A DNA stretch of 64,000 nt from Hemiscyllium ocellatum. Its lineage: Eukaryota. This document shows, piece after piece, positions 12,625 to 25,559 of the stretch. The position numbers were made by a program, and so were the translations under genes. Within the stretch, counting starts at the first letter, position 1. The number at the start of each line of letters is the position of its first letter. The notes beneath the pieces are model-generated. The model saw only the letters and a list, made by a program, of their open reading frames with translations. It made no database searches and was not told where the DNA came from. The stretch covers positions 102,944,378 to 103,008,377 of the forward strand of contig NC_083403.1 of the NCBI RefSeq assembly GCF_020745735.1, written 5' to 3'.

Positions 12625-13690
12625 CCTAGAGATGTACAGCATGGAAACAGACCCTTCGGTCCAACCCGTCCATGCCGACCAGATATCCCAACCCAACCTA
12701 GTCCCACTGCCAGCACCAGGCTCATATCCCTCCAACTCCTTCCTATTCATATACCCATCCAAATGCCTCTTCAATGGTGCAATTGAACCAGCCTCCACCA
12801 CTTCCACTTCCTCTGGCAGCTCATTCCATACCTGTACCATCTTCTGTGTAAGAAAGTTGCCCCTTAAGTCTCTTTTATATCATTCCCCTCTCACCCTAAA
12901 CCTATGTCCTCTAGTTCTGGACTCCCCCACCCCAGGGAAATGACTTCGCCTATTTACCCAATCCATGCTCCTCATACTTTTGTAAACCTCTATAAGGTCA
13001 CCCCTCAGCCTCCGACGTTCCAGGGAAAACAGCCCAGCCTGTTCAGCCTCTCCCTCACCCTTTCAAGTTTCACAACATCCTTCCGATAGGAAGGAGACCA
13101 GAATTGCACGCAATATTCCAACAGTGGCCTAAACCAATGTCCTGTACAGCTGCAACATTACGTCCCAACTCTGTACTCAATACTCTGACCAATAAAGGAA
13201 AGCATACCAATCACCTTCTTCACTCTCCTATCTACCTGCGACTCCACTTTCAAGGAGCTATAAACCTGCACTCCAAGGTCTCTTTGTTCAGCAACACTCC
13301 CTAGGACCTTACCATGAAGTGTAAAAGTCCTGCTAAGTTTTGCTTTCCCAAAATGCAGCATTTCGCATTTATCTGAATTAAACTCCATCTGGTCCAGATC
13401 CTGTTGTAATCTGAGGTAACCCACTTCGCTGTCCAGTACGCCTCCAATTTTGTTGTCATCTACAAACTTACTAACTGTACCTCTTATGCTCGCATCCAAA
13501 TCAATTATGTAAATGACAAAAAGTAGACGACGCAACACCGATCCTTGTGGCACTCCACTGGTCACAGACATCCAGTCTGAAAAACAACCCTCCACCACCA
13601 CTCTGTCTTCTACCTTTGAGCCAGTTCTGTATCCAAATGGCTAGTTCTCCCTGCATTCCATGAGATATAACCCTGCTAACCAGTCTTCGA
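12625..13690 (-). mobile_element. HER1-like CR1 LINE, 5'-truncated (~1 kb)
   Basis: ORF 13158..13601 (-) SGVPQGSVL..SKFVDDNKIGG..QRDLGV; 3' end matches copies ending at ~25520, ~29218 and ~42120. Confidence 0.9.
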
Positions 13691-13769
13691 AGTCCACTGT
13701 TTTAACCATTTTTATTCTTTATATTCTGTCCAGACTTTTGTGCTACTTGTCCCAAGAGCGTAAAAACTA

Positions 13770-15000
13770 GGAGCAGGAGTCGGCAGTTCAGCCTTTTGAG
13801 CCTGTTCCACTAATCTCATGGCTGATCTCATCTCGGCCTCTATTCCACTTTCTTGCCCACACTCCATAACCCTTCAACCAATCACTAATAAAAAGTCTAT
13901 CTACCTCCTCCCAAATTTAGTCAATGCCCTAGCATTCACTGCACTTTAGGGAGTTTCATAGATTCATGACCCTATGAGAAGCAAGTTCTCCTCATCTATT
14001 TTAAATTTGCTACCTCCCTTATCCTAAAACTGTGACCTTTTGATACCCAAATGAGACAACATCCTTTCTATACCTACATCGTTAATCCCCTTTAAGCATC
14101 TTAAGTACGTCAGTTAGATCTCCTCTCTCTATCTTTAGAGAGAATAGGCCAAGCCTGTTTAATCCTCTTCATAAAAATCATTTAAGTGAACCTCCTTTTG
14201 AACTGCTTCTGATACAGCTACATGCTTGCTTGAGTAAGTGGACCAAAATTGTATACACTATTCCCAGCTGTCGTCTCACTAATTATTTGACAATTACAGC
14301 AACAGTTCCCTACCTTTTATATTCTATTCCTTTAGCAATAAATACCAAATTTCCATTTGCTTTCCTCCATTACCTGCCAAACCTGCAAAGTAGTTTCCTT
14401 GTGATTCATGCAAAAGGATACCCAGGTCCCTCTGTACCAAAGCACCCTCAAATTTCTCCTCATTTAAAACATTAAGTTGTCTTTCTGTTCCTCTGACCAA
14501 ATTATATAACCCAATTTATCCATATCCATTTGCAAGTTTCTTATTTCTTCATTGCAAATCACTTTCCTACCTATTTTAGTGTAATCTGCACATTTGATTA
14601 CAGGATTTTCTATCCCCACCTTAGAGTAAAATAGTTGGGGCCTGAGGATTGAACCCTGTGGCACCCCATAAGATAGATATTGTCAGACAGAAAAAGATCC
14701 ATTTATTCAGACTATGACTTCTGTTGGTTAGCCAATCTTCTATCCATGCTGGTAAATCACCTCCTGATCTTTCTTTCTGTATTAAGCTTTTGTGCAGGAC
14801 TTTATCAAATGCCTTCTGGAAGTTCAGATATACTACATCTACAGGATCCCCCTTATCAATATAACTTGTTACACCTAGAAAGAACTGTTGTAAATTAGTC
14901 AAAGATAACTTATCCTTCATAAAACCATGCTGATTCTGATGGATTGTATTTTGACTTTGCACAATTGTTTTTGTCTTCAAGGTTAATACTACCTTTGAGC
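13770..15000 (-). mobile_element. Decayed CR1 LINE RT/3' fragment
   Basis: QHGFMKDKLSLTNL..VDVVYLNFQKAFDKV (ORF 14621..14980) and PQGSIL..KCADYTKIG (ORF 14464..14664). Confidence 0.85.
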
Positions 15001-15159
15001 TTTGCAGTTAACTATTTTTACGTTTTTAAAATAGTAGTGTCTGACCCATTCCCCTCTCCCTCAAATTGAATCATCTTTTGCTCATGGCTACTAAGGGGTG
15101 ATTTTTACATTGCAACCATTAATCCTGTTTCATTGCACCAGGTGTTGAACAGCCTGATA

Positions 15160-15555
15160 TTAAAAACTGAAAGTGCTAAAGAATCTCAGAAGGTGCAGCA
15201 GCATTTGTGGACAGAGAATCTGTTTATGTTGCAATCCCAATGTAACTCCTCTTCTGACTATATAGCCTGTTGTTCCAGAGCTGACCAGACATGCTTTTCT
15301 CTTCCTTCCAACTACAAAGCAGATCCATTTCCTCCCATTGACCAACCAAGCCTATTGCCTAACTGTATTGACCTATCATTACCTCACCACTCAGTCCTTC
15401 TACCCACCCAAAACTCATGCCTACTTCCCTTTATCTGCAGCTCCCCTTACACCCACCTCCAGTCCTGAAGAAGGGTTACACCCAAAACATTGGCTCCTCC
15501 ACCTGCTGATGCTGTCTGGCTTACTGGATTCTTCCAGCCTCCTGCTTGTCTTTCT
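15160..15555. mobile_element. Penelope-like terminal fragments
   Basis: Pyrimidine-rich pLTR-like tract followed by CTGAAGAAGGGTTACACCCAAAAC (degraded hammerhead core) and a CTGCTGATGCTGTCTGGC..CTTCCAGC end. Confidence 0.55.
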
Positions 15556-15589
15556 AAGAAACTCACGTAAAAATATTCTGAGAGATCCT

Positions 15590-15990
15590 AGTGTAGGGCC
15601 ATCTTTACCCATCTGATTTGTCCAATCTATATGTTGATTAATATCTCCTATGATTATTGCCATATTGCTCTGACAATCTTTCATTATTTCTTTCTTTATG
15701 CTCCACCCTACTGCCCGTGGCTGCTGTAGAGTGGCCTTACAGTGCCCCATAAGTGATTTTTTTTTTTTGCCTTTGCCTTTGTTATTTCTCATCTCAAATT
15801 AAACAGTTTCCACATCTGGTTTTGTGAACTTAAGTTATCACTCTCGATTGTGCTAATACCATAATTAACTAACAGAGCTACTACTTCACATGTTCCTCAC
15901 TTCCTGTACTTCCTAAGTGTTTTGTACCATTCCATATTTAGGTACTAAGCTGTCTTTCTGCAGTCATGTCTCTCATGAGTATTAGAGCAT
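15590..15990 (-). mobile_element. CR1 endonuclease fragment
   Basis: AIIIGDINQHIDW motif in ORF 15421..15792 (-). Confidence 0.6.
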
Positions 15991-16406
15991 ACTTACTTTA
16001 ATTTGGAAAGGTAACCTTGTCAGGAAAATATGAATGCCATGACTGTATACCTGACCACCCATTAAAATGTATAGAAAATATACTAAAGTTCCCTCTACTG
16101 TGCCCCAACTTCATATTAACACATACTGGTCCGTATTTTCTGCTGGAAAGATTATTTTTCATTCAGCAAAAGTCAATTTTGTCTTGTTTCCATTAGGAGC
16201 TGGATAACAACTGGATTGTGCCTTTAAAACTGTGCATTCGTTGGTCCATAACTCAGGGATGGAACATAATTAGGATCTGAGCGATGAATATAATTTCAGT
16301 TATAAAAATTAAAATTTGCATATTGAACCAGTTTCCTTGATCTATGATGTGCCACAATAAGTTATTATTGTGTATATGATCAGTTATCAACTTTTTTATT
16401 TTGCAG

Positions 16407-16501
16407 TTATGAGCCTGAGCTGTTTCCTGGATTAATCTATCGAATGATCAAACCAAGAATTGTACTACTGATATTTGTATCTGGAAAAGTTGTATTGACT
16501 G
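16407..16501 (+). CDS. TBP: TBP coding exon (human exon 7 equivalent)
   Basis: ttttgcAG|T ... ACTG|GTagg; 95 nt, [32 protein letters not shown]. Confidence 0.97.
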
Positions 16502-19500
16502 GTAGGTTGCATCACTTGTTTGCTTTGTAGATTGGTTTTCATAGCTGATTGCTTACCTGAGAGTTCTGCTCTATTTATTTGTTCTTCCCATTCGCTCAAC
16601 ATAGCTCACAAGGTGCAAAGGGGAAAATACTAAATTTGGATTTAACTACTTTACAAAGGTGATGAATATTGAATACTGCCAGGAAAGTTGAGAGAGCAAA
16701 GTTGACTGAGTTAACCAAATCGAACAGGAATTACAGATAATGCAATTTGAGGTATATTAGGGACAACTGCATTGTATTTTTAAAGCTTTCAGACTGACAA
16801 TTGGATCACAATGGCCCCTTCTTGTCCTGTAAGTTCCTATGACACAAATTGGATTGTTTACTTTGTCAAACAGCTGCACAAATTCAAATAAAATGCCACC
16901 TTTTTATTTCCTGATTTGCTTTAGTTTTGTTTTTCTTGAATCATTTCATTAGCAATAGAAAAATATCAGAATTGCAAGTGGTGTATTAAGACAATGCAGC
17001 TGAGCCTAGTGGAATCATCTTTGCATTTTGACTGCAATTCGCATATGACAAAATAAAATAACATCTTTTACATCAATCCGAGAAAACCCCAGTTGTTGCT
17101 CTTTACTCCACCATTCAGTTGATTAAGACATCCAATATTTATATTTCCTAGCCATTTATTCTTTTTTGTTGATAACTGAAATTCCTAATAGTTAGTGCTA
17201 AATTTTAGAATTAATTAATTTGATCTGTTCTCCAAATTTAAAGGAATTTTCCAGTTTCACCTCTTCTGTGCTCCTGACTATTTTGTGTTCATTTAAGATC
17301 AGTGTTTAAGGTGCCATTTCAGATTTAGTCAATCTTCTCATAGTTCAAGCCTATTGACAGTAGGGATCCACCAAGTGGCTGTTCCCTGCAATCCTGCTTA
17401 ATTCTTGACAACTTGCATTAGGATTTTTATTGTTTTGCATTATTGCCTCAGGTGCTCTGAATGGTTTAAAAGCAATCATTGTCCAGACTTTTTACTTTAT
17501 ATTGCTGTTTTTCTCACTTGCATTTTTTCTTTGATCTTTTCTCTGCTGACAAGTTCAACAGCACATTTGAGCTCAGCTCTCAAACCATAGCCACTTAGCT
17601 ATATAATCACCAGACTCCAGTTACAGCACAAAAATCTACGAGCAAGACCTAAACGTTCTTCAATGTTTGCAGCCCCAAGCTACCAAAATTGCCTTAACAT
17701 TTTTGAAGGATTTGATCTGACATTTTTGTGTTGAAATATGACAGTGTAATTATGTATGTGGTTAAAATGACACCAGTGCCTCATTAAAATTTGAGACGAG
17801 ACACTTGTACAAAAGTGAAGTCTATGTTAGACCACTTTTCACATCTCGTCCTTCGAAGGTCAACTTATAGCCTTTTTTTCAACTCCCTTCAATTACTGTA
17901 TTTTTCTTATAATTACCATTGAATACATCTTTGCCAATGACAGATGTAACGTCAAAATAATGTCTTTTGATTTAAGTCGTATCTCTAATTTTTTTAACTT
18001 AATTGTCTGGAAGGATTCAGCCAAAACTGCAACAATTCATCTGCCAAAACTTTCCTATCTTCTTGGCCTCAAGTGTTCTGTTTAATCTGCATTCCAATAT
18101 TCATTTCAAGTAATGTCATTTCTTCACACTAATGCACGTGGTATTCTATCTCCCATCTCTTCAGATTGACTGCGCCTTCCTGTTTTGTGTACTAGTTAGC
18201 ATCTGCAAACCTATCTTTTTTTAAATCAACCTGTTCAGATATAGAACATGGAACAGTACAGTACAGGCCCCTCAGCCCTTAATGTTGTGCCAGCCTTTTA
18301 TCCTACTCTTGAAATCCGACTAACCTACATACCCTTCATTGTACTATCTTCCACGTGCCTATCCAAGAGTCACTTAAATGTCCCTAATGTATCTGATTCT
18401 ACTACCACTGCTGCCAGTGCATTTCATGTACCCACTACTCTGAGTAAAGAACCTACCTCTGAGATATGTCATCGAACACCTCTGGAGCAGATGTAACTTG
18501 AACCCAGGTCTCCTGGCTCCGAGGTAGAGACACTACCTTTTAAACCACATGAGTTCTTATGCAAATTTAGACACCTTGTTCATTTTCCTGTCCTCCAATT
18601 ACATAAAAATGTTCATACAAATATACTTGTTAAGGCTGAATTAATAGGTTCTTAATTGACAAGAGTTGAGGCTACCATCTGATTTACCAGCTCTTATTAA
18701 ATAAAGGTCTGTTTGTCATTATTATATCTTTTCTGTTTTCACTTGCTAAACAGTGGGTAAAGCATGCATTATCAAGTCAATGCTTCATTTCTTTTTTGAC
18801 TTCTTAATTAGAAAATTCAAATATCTGTACTACCCTTCCAGAATGGGGCAAAACATTTCTGAAAAATTGTTTATTTTTATTTCCAATAGTGGAATTTAAA
18901 ATTATCACTGGTGCCTGAAGCATTGGATCCAAGAGCAACCATTGACACATTCAAGCTAATACTAAAAATTTTGTTCATCTTTTTTCACCTCTTCTGGTGC
19001 CTGAACTTCAGTTGTATTGTTTTTAATTTTGAAATATATAACCATGTGAATTTCATTTGGAGTTACACATAATTAGTCTAACAGCACAAGATTGTGTATG
19101 TGTAGATCTATTTCAAGTCACAATGTGGCTGTGGTAACAAGGCTGATGAGTCGGAATGGTATGGGGGTGTGTTCTGACTGCTAATTTTTATCACTTAAGA
19201 TAACCACAAATGTGAAATTTTTGCCTAACTTATGATCTAATTTATTAAGATTTCAGCACTGTCTCCTGGATTCAATAGATTTGAAGAAAATACACTAGAA
19301 ATGTACCATTTGACCAAACTGGTCCTTGTTCTTCATGAGCCTCCTAGTCAGCTTCATCTAACTCGAGCAGCACAACTTTCTATTTCTTTCTCAATCTTGT
19401 TTATCTAACTTTGCCTTAAATATGCTAATACTACTGACCGCAATCATTTTATATATGTTTAAAAATTGAAAAGCCTCTTGCCCTACAATTTATTATTTAA

Positions 19501-19561
19501 CGCATGAATCCACACTCAAGTTTGCCACTTGATCTATTGATATATAATTTCTGTTTTGAAG

Positions 19562-19641
19562 GTGCAAAAGTCCGTGCAGAAATCTATGAAGCATTTGAAA
19601 ACATCTACCCAATTTTGAAAGGTTTCAGGAAGACAACATAA
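19562..19641 (+). CDS. TBP: TBP terminal coding exon
   Basis: ttttgaAG|GT GCA AAA...; [25 protein letters not shown] then TAA at 19639-19641. This C-terminus is TBP-type, not TBPL2-type. Confidence 0.97.
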
Positions 19642-20083
19642 CTGTTCACAAGGACTTTCTACTCTCTGAAGGACCATTTCATTTGCCTGTTGCCTTGTAT
19701 AGTCTGTATAGTTTGAATGCTGTGTTCTGCTGCAATGTTTACATGGGGTGATTCAACTTTTTTATTTGCGATGGTTTAGGAGTAAATTTAGTACTTTTTA
19801 AAATAGTATCATTCTCGCCACCCTATGACAGCAATTTTTACAAAATCATTGTTAGGAACTTGAGTTATCTTTTACTTGGAATTTTATCAACCAATGAAAC
19901 ATTTTGTTTTGCATGTTATTTATATTGAACTTTTTATAAAATGTAAGCCATGTAAATGTATGTTAATGTATTTTCTCAAGTTCATTTTTTAAAAATTCAA
20001 TCTTACTTGAAAATATCTTGCTTTTCAAAGCAAGATAAAAGACTTCCCCAAATTGGCAGCCAATTTGCAACTGAGATTTTTAC

Positions 20084-20089
20084 ATTAAA
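20084..20089 (+). terminator. Candidate TBP polyadenylation signal (ATTAAA)
   Basis: ATTAAA about 440 nt after the stop, followed by T-rich sequence and upstream of the CR1 element; not verified. Confidence 0.3.
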
Positions 20090-21341
20090 TTTTTTTTCCA
20101 TGCAATACAGTGCATTGTAATGATTGTTAATGGCAATTTTCTTGTGGGTTACTGAATATTTAACATGGTGATGCTAGTTTCTTTGTAACAGAATAGGATT
20201 TCTATGAAGCTTGCTGATTGGCCACAATTTCATTTAATAGCAGCTTATGTTTGGTCCAGTCTTGTGTGTTCCTATGCAGCCAAAATTCTCTCTTTTCAAT
20301 GGTGATGGGTTCAAACCCTTCTCTCTTTGGGTTGGGAGCAGAGGATCATTCTGGGTAATCCAAGATGGAGGATGTGAAACATTTCTGACTGTAACAGGCT
20401 GCTCCTTTTTTATTGAGGTATTTTAGGTTTTGGAGGTAATTTCCTCGAATGCCAGGAGTAGCAATTACTGTTTTTATGTTGTTGCAGTTATTTTGAAACT
20501 TTAAAAAAAAATCTAAACTAAAGCACTTTTAAAAGGGAGAAATACAGACAAAGGCAGCAAGTACATAGTATGTAAAGGAGAGAGAGAAAGAAACCCACAT
20601 TGCTAACCTCTCACAACCATGAATCTGCACAGTAACTGCCTTTGCTGTTTGAATTTGTGTATCGCTGGACATCGGAGTGTATTTAGAAAAACTTAACAAA
20701 CAACAAAACTTACAACTGATCTGGGAGGAACCTGTTTGGGAGAGGTCACAGCACAGAAACAGTTACTTAAATAGTTTTTAAGTATAGCCTTGCTGTAAAT
20801 CTACAGTAGTGAGTAGACTGGGTTCTTTCTTGATTATATGTTTTTGAACTCTGTCTCCTGATTAAATAGTAAAAATATAAGCCATAAGTATTAAGTAAGC
20901 CTGAAGCAGTATTTTGTAGATCAATACGACGGTGCTATTTTCTGTGTCTGTAGATTGGAAGGAGCAAAATAACCTTTAGTAGTGTGATATGCTCTTCTTG
21001 TCAGATGTGGGAGTTTCGGGAGAGTTTAAGGGTTACTGAGGATTATATCTGCAATCCTGTCAGATCAAATGGATTGGTTGGAGTGGCATTGAGGAATTTA
21101 CAAGAGCCTGAGGGTATGATGGATGGCAGTTATAGGAAGGAAGAAAAGCCACAAATACAGTCACATAGATGGGTTAATTCCAAGAAAGGTAGAAGACGTA
21201 GAAGGGTAGTACAGGAGTCTTCTGTGGCTATCCCCATCTCAAACAAGTATGCTGTTTTGGAAAATGTAGGGTGTGATGGACTTTCAGGGGAATGTAGCAC
21301 AAACAAGCTTCTGGTATCAAGACTGGCTCTAAAGTAATCGG

Positions 21342-22009
21342 TGAACTTCACCAGTTTCTTCATTTCCCCCCCCCCCCACATCTTACCTCAGTTCCAACCT
21401 TCCAGCTCAGCACTGTCCTCATGTTGTACCTGCTAATCTCCCTTCCCACCTATCCCCTCCACCCTCCCCTCTGACCTATCACCTCCATCTCCACCCCCAT
21501 TCACCTATTTAAGGGCGGCATGGTGGCGCAGTGGTTAGCACTGCTGCCTCACAGCTCCAGAGACCCGGGTTCAATTCCCACCTCAGGCAACTGACTGTGT
21601 TGAGTTTGCACATTCTCCCCGTGTCTGCGTGGGTTTCCTCCGGGTGCTCCGGTTTCCTCCCACAGTCCAAAGATGTGCAGGTTAGGTGAACTGGCTGTGC
21701 TAAATTGCCCGTAGTGTTAGGTGAAGGGGTAAGTGTAGGGGTATGGGTGAGTTGCGCTTCGGCGGGTCGGTGTGGACTTGTTGGGCCGAAGAGCCTGTTT
21801 CTACACTGTAGGTAATCTAATCTAATCTAATCTAATCTATTGTACTTTTTGCTACCTTCTCACCAGTCTCACCCCCTCCATTCATCTCTCCACCCTGGCG
21901 GCTTCCTGCCTCTATTCCTGATGAAGGGCTTTTGCCCGAAACATCAATTTTCCTGCTCCTTCGATGCTGCCTGACTTGCTGTGCTTTTCTAGCACCACTT
22001 TGATCTAAA
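21342..22009 (+). mobile_element. Penelope-like 3' fragment inserted in CR1 ORF1
   Basis: Matches 29970-30300. 15-bp TSD CTCTAA(A/T)GTAATCGG at 21327-21341 and 22010-22024; hammerhead core at 21918-21945. Confidence 0.85.
21513..21840 (+). mobile_element. HE1 SINE nested in the Penelope fragment
   Basis: GGGCGGCATGGTGGCGCAGTGGTTAGC head, B box GGTTCAATTCC, (TAATC)n tail. Confidence 0.92.
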
Positions 22010-25000
22010 CTCTAATGTAATCGGGTTCCAAGCAATTGATTTATTTTAGGGGACTCTCTGGTCAGGGGCACAGATAGACGTTTCTGCGGCCAGCTGTGAA
22101 AAATCAGAATAGCGTGTTGCCTCCCTGCTGCCAGGATCAAGGATGTCTCTGAGAAAGTGCAGAATGTTCTCCAAGTGGTGAGGCACCAGCAGGAAGTTAT
22201 TGTACACATTGGTACCAACGACATAGTAAGGTAAAAAAGATGAGATTCTGAAGGTAGAATATAGAAAGTTAGGCAGGAACTTAAAGAGGAGGTCCTCGAA
22301 GGTAGTAATATCTGGATTACTGCCCATGCTACGAACTAGTGAGGGTAGGAATAGGAGGATAGAGCAGATGAATGCTTGGGTGAAGAGCTGGTGTATGAAA
22401 AACTGATTCACATTTTTGGATCATTGGAATCTCTTCTGGGGTAGAAGTGACCTGGACAAGAAAGATGGATTGCACCTGAGTTGGAAAGGGACTAATTTAC
22501 TGGCAGGGAGATTTGCTAGAGCTGCTTGGGAGGATTTAATCTGGTATGGGGGTGCGGAGGAGGGGCAGGCAGTGAGATACTGAGGAAAGAGATAAATCTG
22601 AGACAGGTACAGTTAAGAAAAGAAGCGAGTCAAACAAACAATCAGGGCAGGCAGGAACAAAGCAGCGACAAGGTCAGACTGATAAATTAAACTGCATTTA
22701 TTTCAATGCAAGAGGCCTAACAGGGAAGGCAGATGAACTCAAGGCATAGTTAGGAACATGGGACTGGGATGTCATAGCAATTACAGAAACATAGCTCGGG
22801 GATGGATGGGACTGCCAGCTTAATGTGCCAGGATACAAATGCTATAAGGAGGACAGAAAGTGAGTCGAGAGGAGGGGAGTGATGTCTTTGATAAGGGATA
22901 GCATTACAGCTGTATTTCGAGAGGATATTCCTGGAAATGCATTCAAGGAAGTTATTTGGGTGGAACTGAGAAATAAGAAAGGGATAATCACCTTATTGGG
23001 ATTGTACTATTGACCCCCTAATAGTCAGTGGGAAATAGAGAAATAAATTTGTAAGGAGATTTCAGTTATCTGTAAGAATAATAGAGTGGTTATGGTAGGG
23101 TATTTTATCTTTCCAAACATAGACTTAGACTGCCATAGTGTTAAGGGTTTAGATGGAGAGGAATTTGAGTGTACAAGAAAACTTTGAGTCCGTATGTGGA
23201 TGTACCTACTAGAGAACTTGCAAAACTTGACCTATTCTTGGGAAATAAGGCAGGGTAGGTGACTGAGATGTCAGTTGGGGAGCACTTTGGGGCCAGCAGC
23301 CATAGTTCTATTAGATTTAAAATAATGATGGAAATGGATAGATCAGATCTAACAGCCGAAGTTCTAAATTGGAGGAAGGCTAATTTTGGCTAAGGTATTA
23401 GGCAAGAACTTTCAAAAGCTGATTGGGGGCAGATGTTCGCAGGTAAAGGGACGGCTGGAAAATGGGAAGCTTTCAGAAATGAGATAATGAGAGTCCAGAG
23501 ATAGTATATTCCTGTTAGTGTGAAAGGAAAGGCTGGTAGGTGTAGAGAATGCTGGATGGCTAGAGAAATTGAGGGTTTGGTTAAAGAAAAAGAAGGAAGC
23601 ATATGTCATGTATAGACAGGAGAGATTGAATGAATCCTTAGAGTATAAAGGCAGTAGGAGTGTACTTAAGAGGGAAATCAGGAGGACAAAAAAGGAGACA
23701 TGAGATAGCTTTGGCAAATGGGGTTAAGGAGAATCCAAAGGATTTTTATGAATGCATTAAGGACAAAAAGGTAACTAGGGAGAGAATAGGCCCTCTCAAA
23801 GATCAGCAAGGTGGCTTTTGTGTGGAGCCGCAGAAGATGTGGGACATATTAAATGCATATTTTGCATCAGTGTTTACTATGGAGAAGGGCATGGAAGATA
23901 CAGAATGTAGGGAAATAGATGGTGACATCTTGAAAAATGTCCATATTACAGAGGATGAGGTGCTGGATGTCTTGAAATGCATAAAGATGGATAGATCCCC
24001 AGGACCTGATCAGGAGTACCATAGAACTCTGTGGGAAGCTAGGGAAGTGATTGCTGGGCCACTTGCTGAGATATTTGTATCATCAATAGTCAAGGTGAGG
24101 TGCCGGAAGACTGGAGCTTAGCTAACGTGCTATCATTATTTAGGAAAGGTGATAAGGACAAGCCAAGGAACTGTAGACCAGTGAGCCTGACGTCAGTGAT
24201 GGGCAAGTTGTTGGAGGGAATTCTGAGGGATAGGATAGGGATAGGTGTAATTGGAAAGGCAAGGATTGATTTAGGGATAGTCAACATGCCTTTGAAAATC
24301 ATGTCTCACGAGCTTGATTGAGTTTTTTGAAGAAGTAACAAAGAGGATTGATGAGGGCAGAGTGGTAGACATGATCTGTATGGACTTCAATAAAGAGGCC
24401 AACAAGGTTCCCTATGGGAGACTGGTTAAATCCTGTGGAATACAGGGAGAACTAGTCATTTGGATACAGAACTGGCTCGAGGTAGAAGACAGGGTGGTGG
24501 TGGAGAGTTGTTTTCAGCCTGCAGGCCTGTGACCAGTGGAGTACCACAAGGATCAGTGCTGGGTCCACTACTTTTCATCATTTATATAAATGATTTGGAT
24601 ATGGACATAAGAGGTATAGTTAGTAAGTTTGCAGATGACACCAAAATTGGAGGTGTAATGAACAGCAAAGAAGGCCTACTCAGATTACAGCAGGATCTTG
24701 ATCAGATGGGGCAATGGGCTGAAGAGTGGCAGATGGAGTTTAATTTAGATAAATGCGAGGTGCTGCATTTTGGCAAAGCAAATCTTAGCAGGACTTATAC
24801 ACTTAATGGTAAGGTACTACGGAGTGTTGCTGAACAAAGAGACCTTAGAGTGCAGGTTCATAGCTCCTTGAAAGTGGAGTCACAGGTAGATAGGAGAGTG
24901 AAGAAGGCATTTGGGTATGCTTTCTTTAATGGTCAGACCACTGAGTACAGGAATTGGGAGGTCATGTTGTGGCTATACAGGGCATTGGTTAGGCCACTTT

Positions 25001-25559
25001 TGGAATATCGCATGCAATTCTGGTCTCCTTCCTATCTGAAAGATGTGAAACTTGAAAGGGTTCAGAAAAGATTTACAAGGATGTTGTCAGGGTTGGAGAA
25101 TTTGAGCTATAGGGAGAGGCTGAACAGGCTGAGGCTGTTTTCCCTGAGTGTTGAAAGCTGAGGGGTGACCTCATAGAGTTTTATAAAATCATAAGGGGCA
25201 TGGATAGGATAAATAAACAAAGTCTTTTCCCTTGGGTGGGGGAGTCAAGAACTAGAGAACATAGGTTTAGGGTGAAAGGGGAAAGATATAACAGGACCTA
25301 AGGGGCAACTTTTTCATGCAGGGGGGTGGTGTGTATATGGAATGAGCTGCCAGAGGAAGTGGTGGAGGCTGGTTGCAATTACAACATTTAAAAGGCATCT
25401 TGGTGGGATAAGGTTCAAGTGCTGGCAAATGGGACTAGATTAGGTTGGGGTATTTGGTCAGCGTGGACACGTTGGACCAAAGGGTCTGTTTCCATGCTGT
25501 ACATCTCTGTGACTCTATACAGGTAGCATCTGTGGCTTGGATCATCTCACCTTTGTCGG

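Larger units (their letters stand above)
20340..25520 (+). mobile_element. Near-full-length, inactive CR1 (HER1-like) LINE
   Basis: 5' UTR from ~20340. ORF1 has a Cys-rich start (ICSSCQMWE..YIC, 20984) and an SGNH esterase (ILGDSLVRG, VHIGTND, DGLHL; ~22043-22480). ORF2 endonuclease starts ~22690 (CIYFNARGL); RT motifs QGSVLGP and KFADDTK lie in ORF 24460..25161. Many stops and frameshifts. Confidence 0.9.

Noticed and set aside
19555-19562. AAG acceptor of the last TBP exon as an anomaly
   Set aside because: AAG is a less common but normal acceptor; phase and protein are intact.
4929-19641. TBPL2/TRF3 instead of TBP
   Set aside because: Diagnostic residues ([30 protein letters not shown]) are TBP-type.
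24460-25161. 233-aa RT ORF as an active or domesticated gene
   Set aside because: It is a chance open segment of a CR1 with many stops and frameshifts on both sides.
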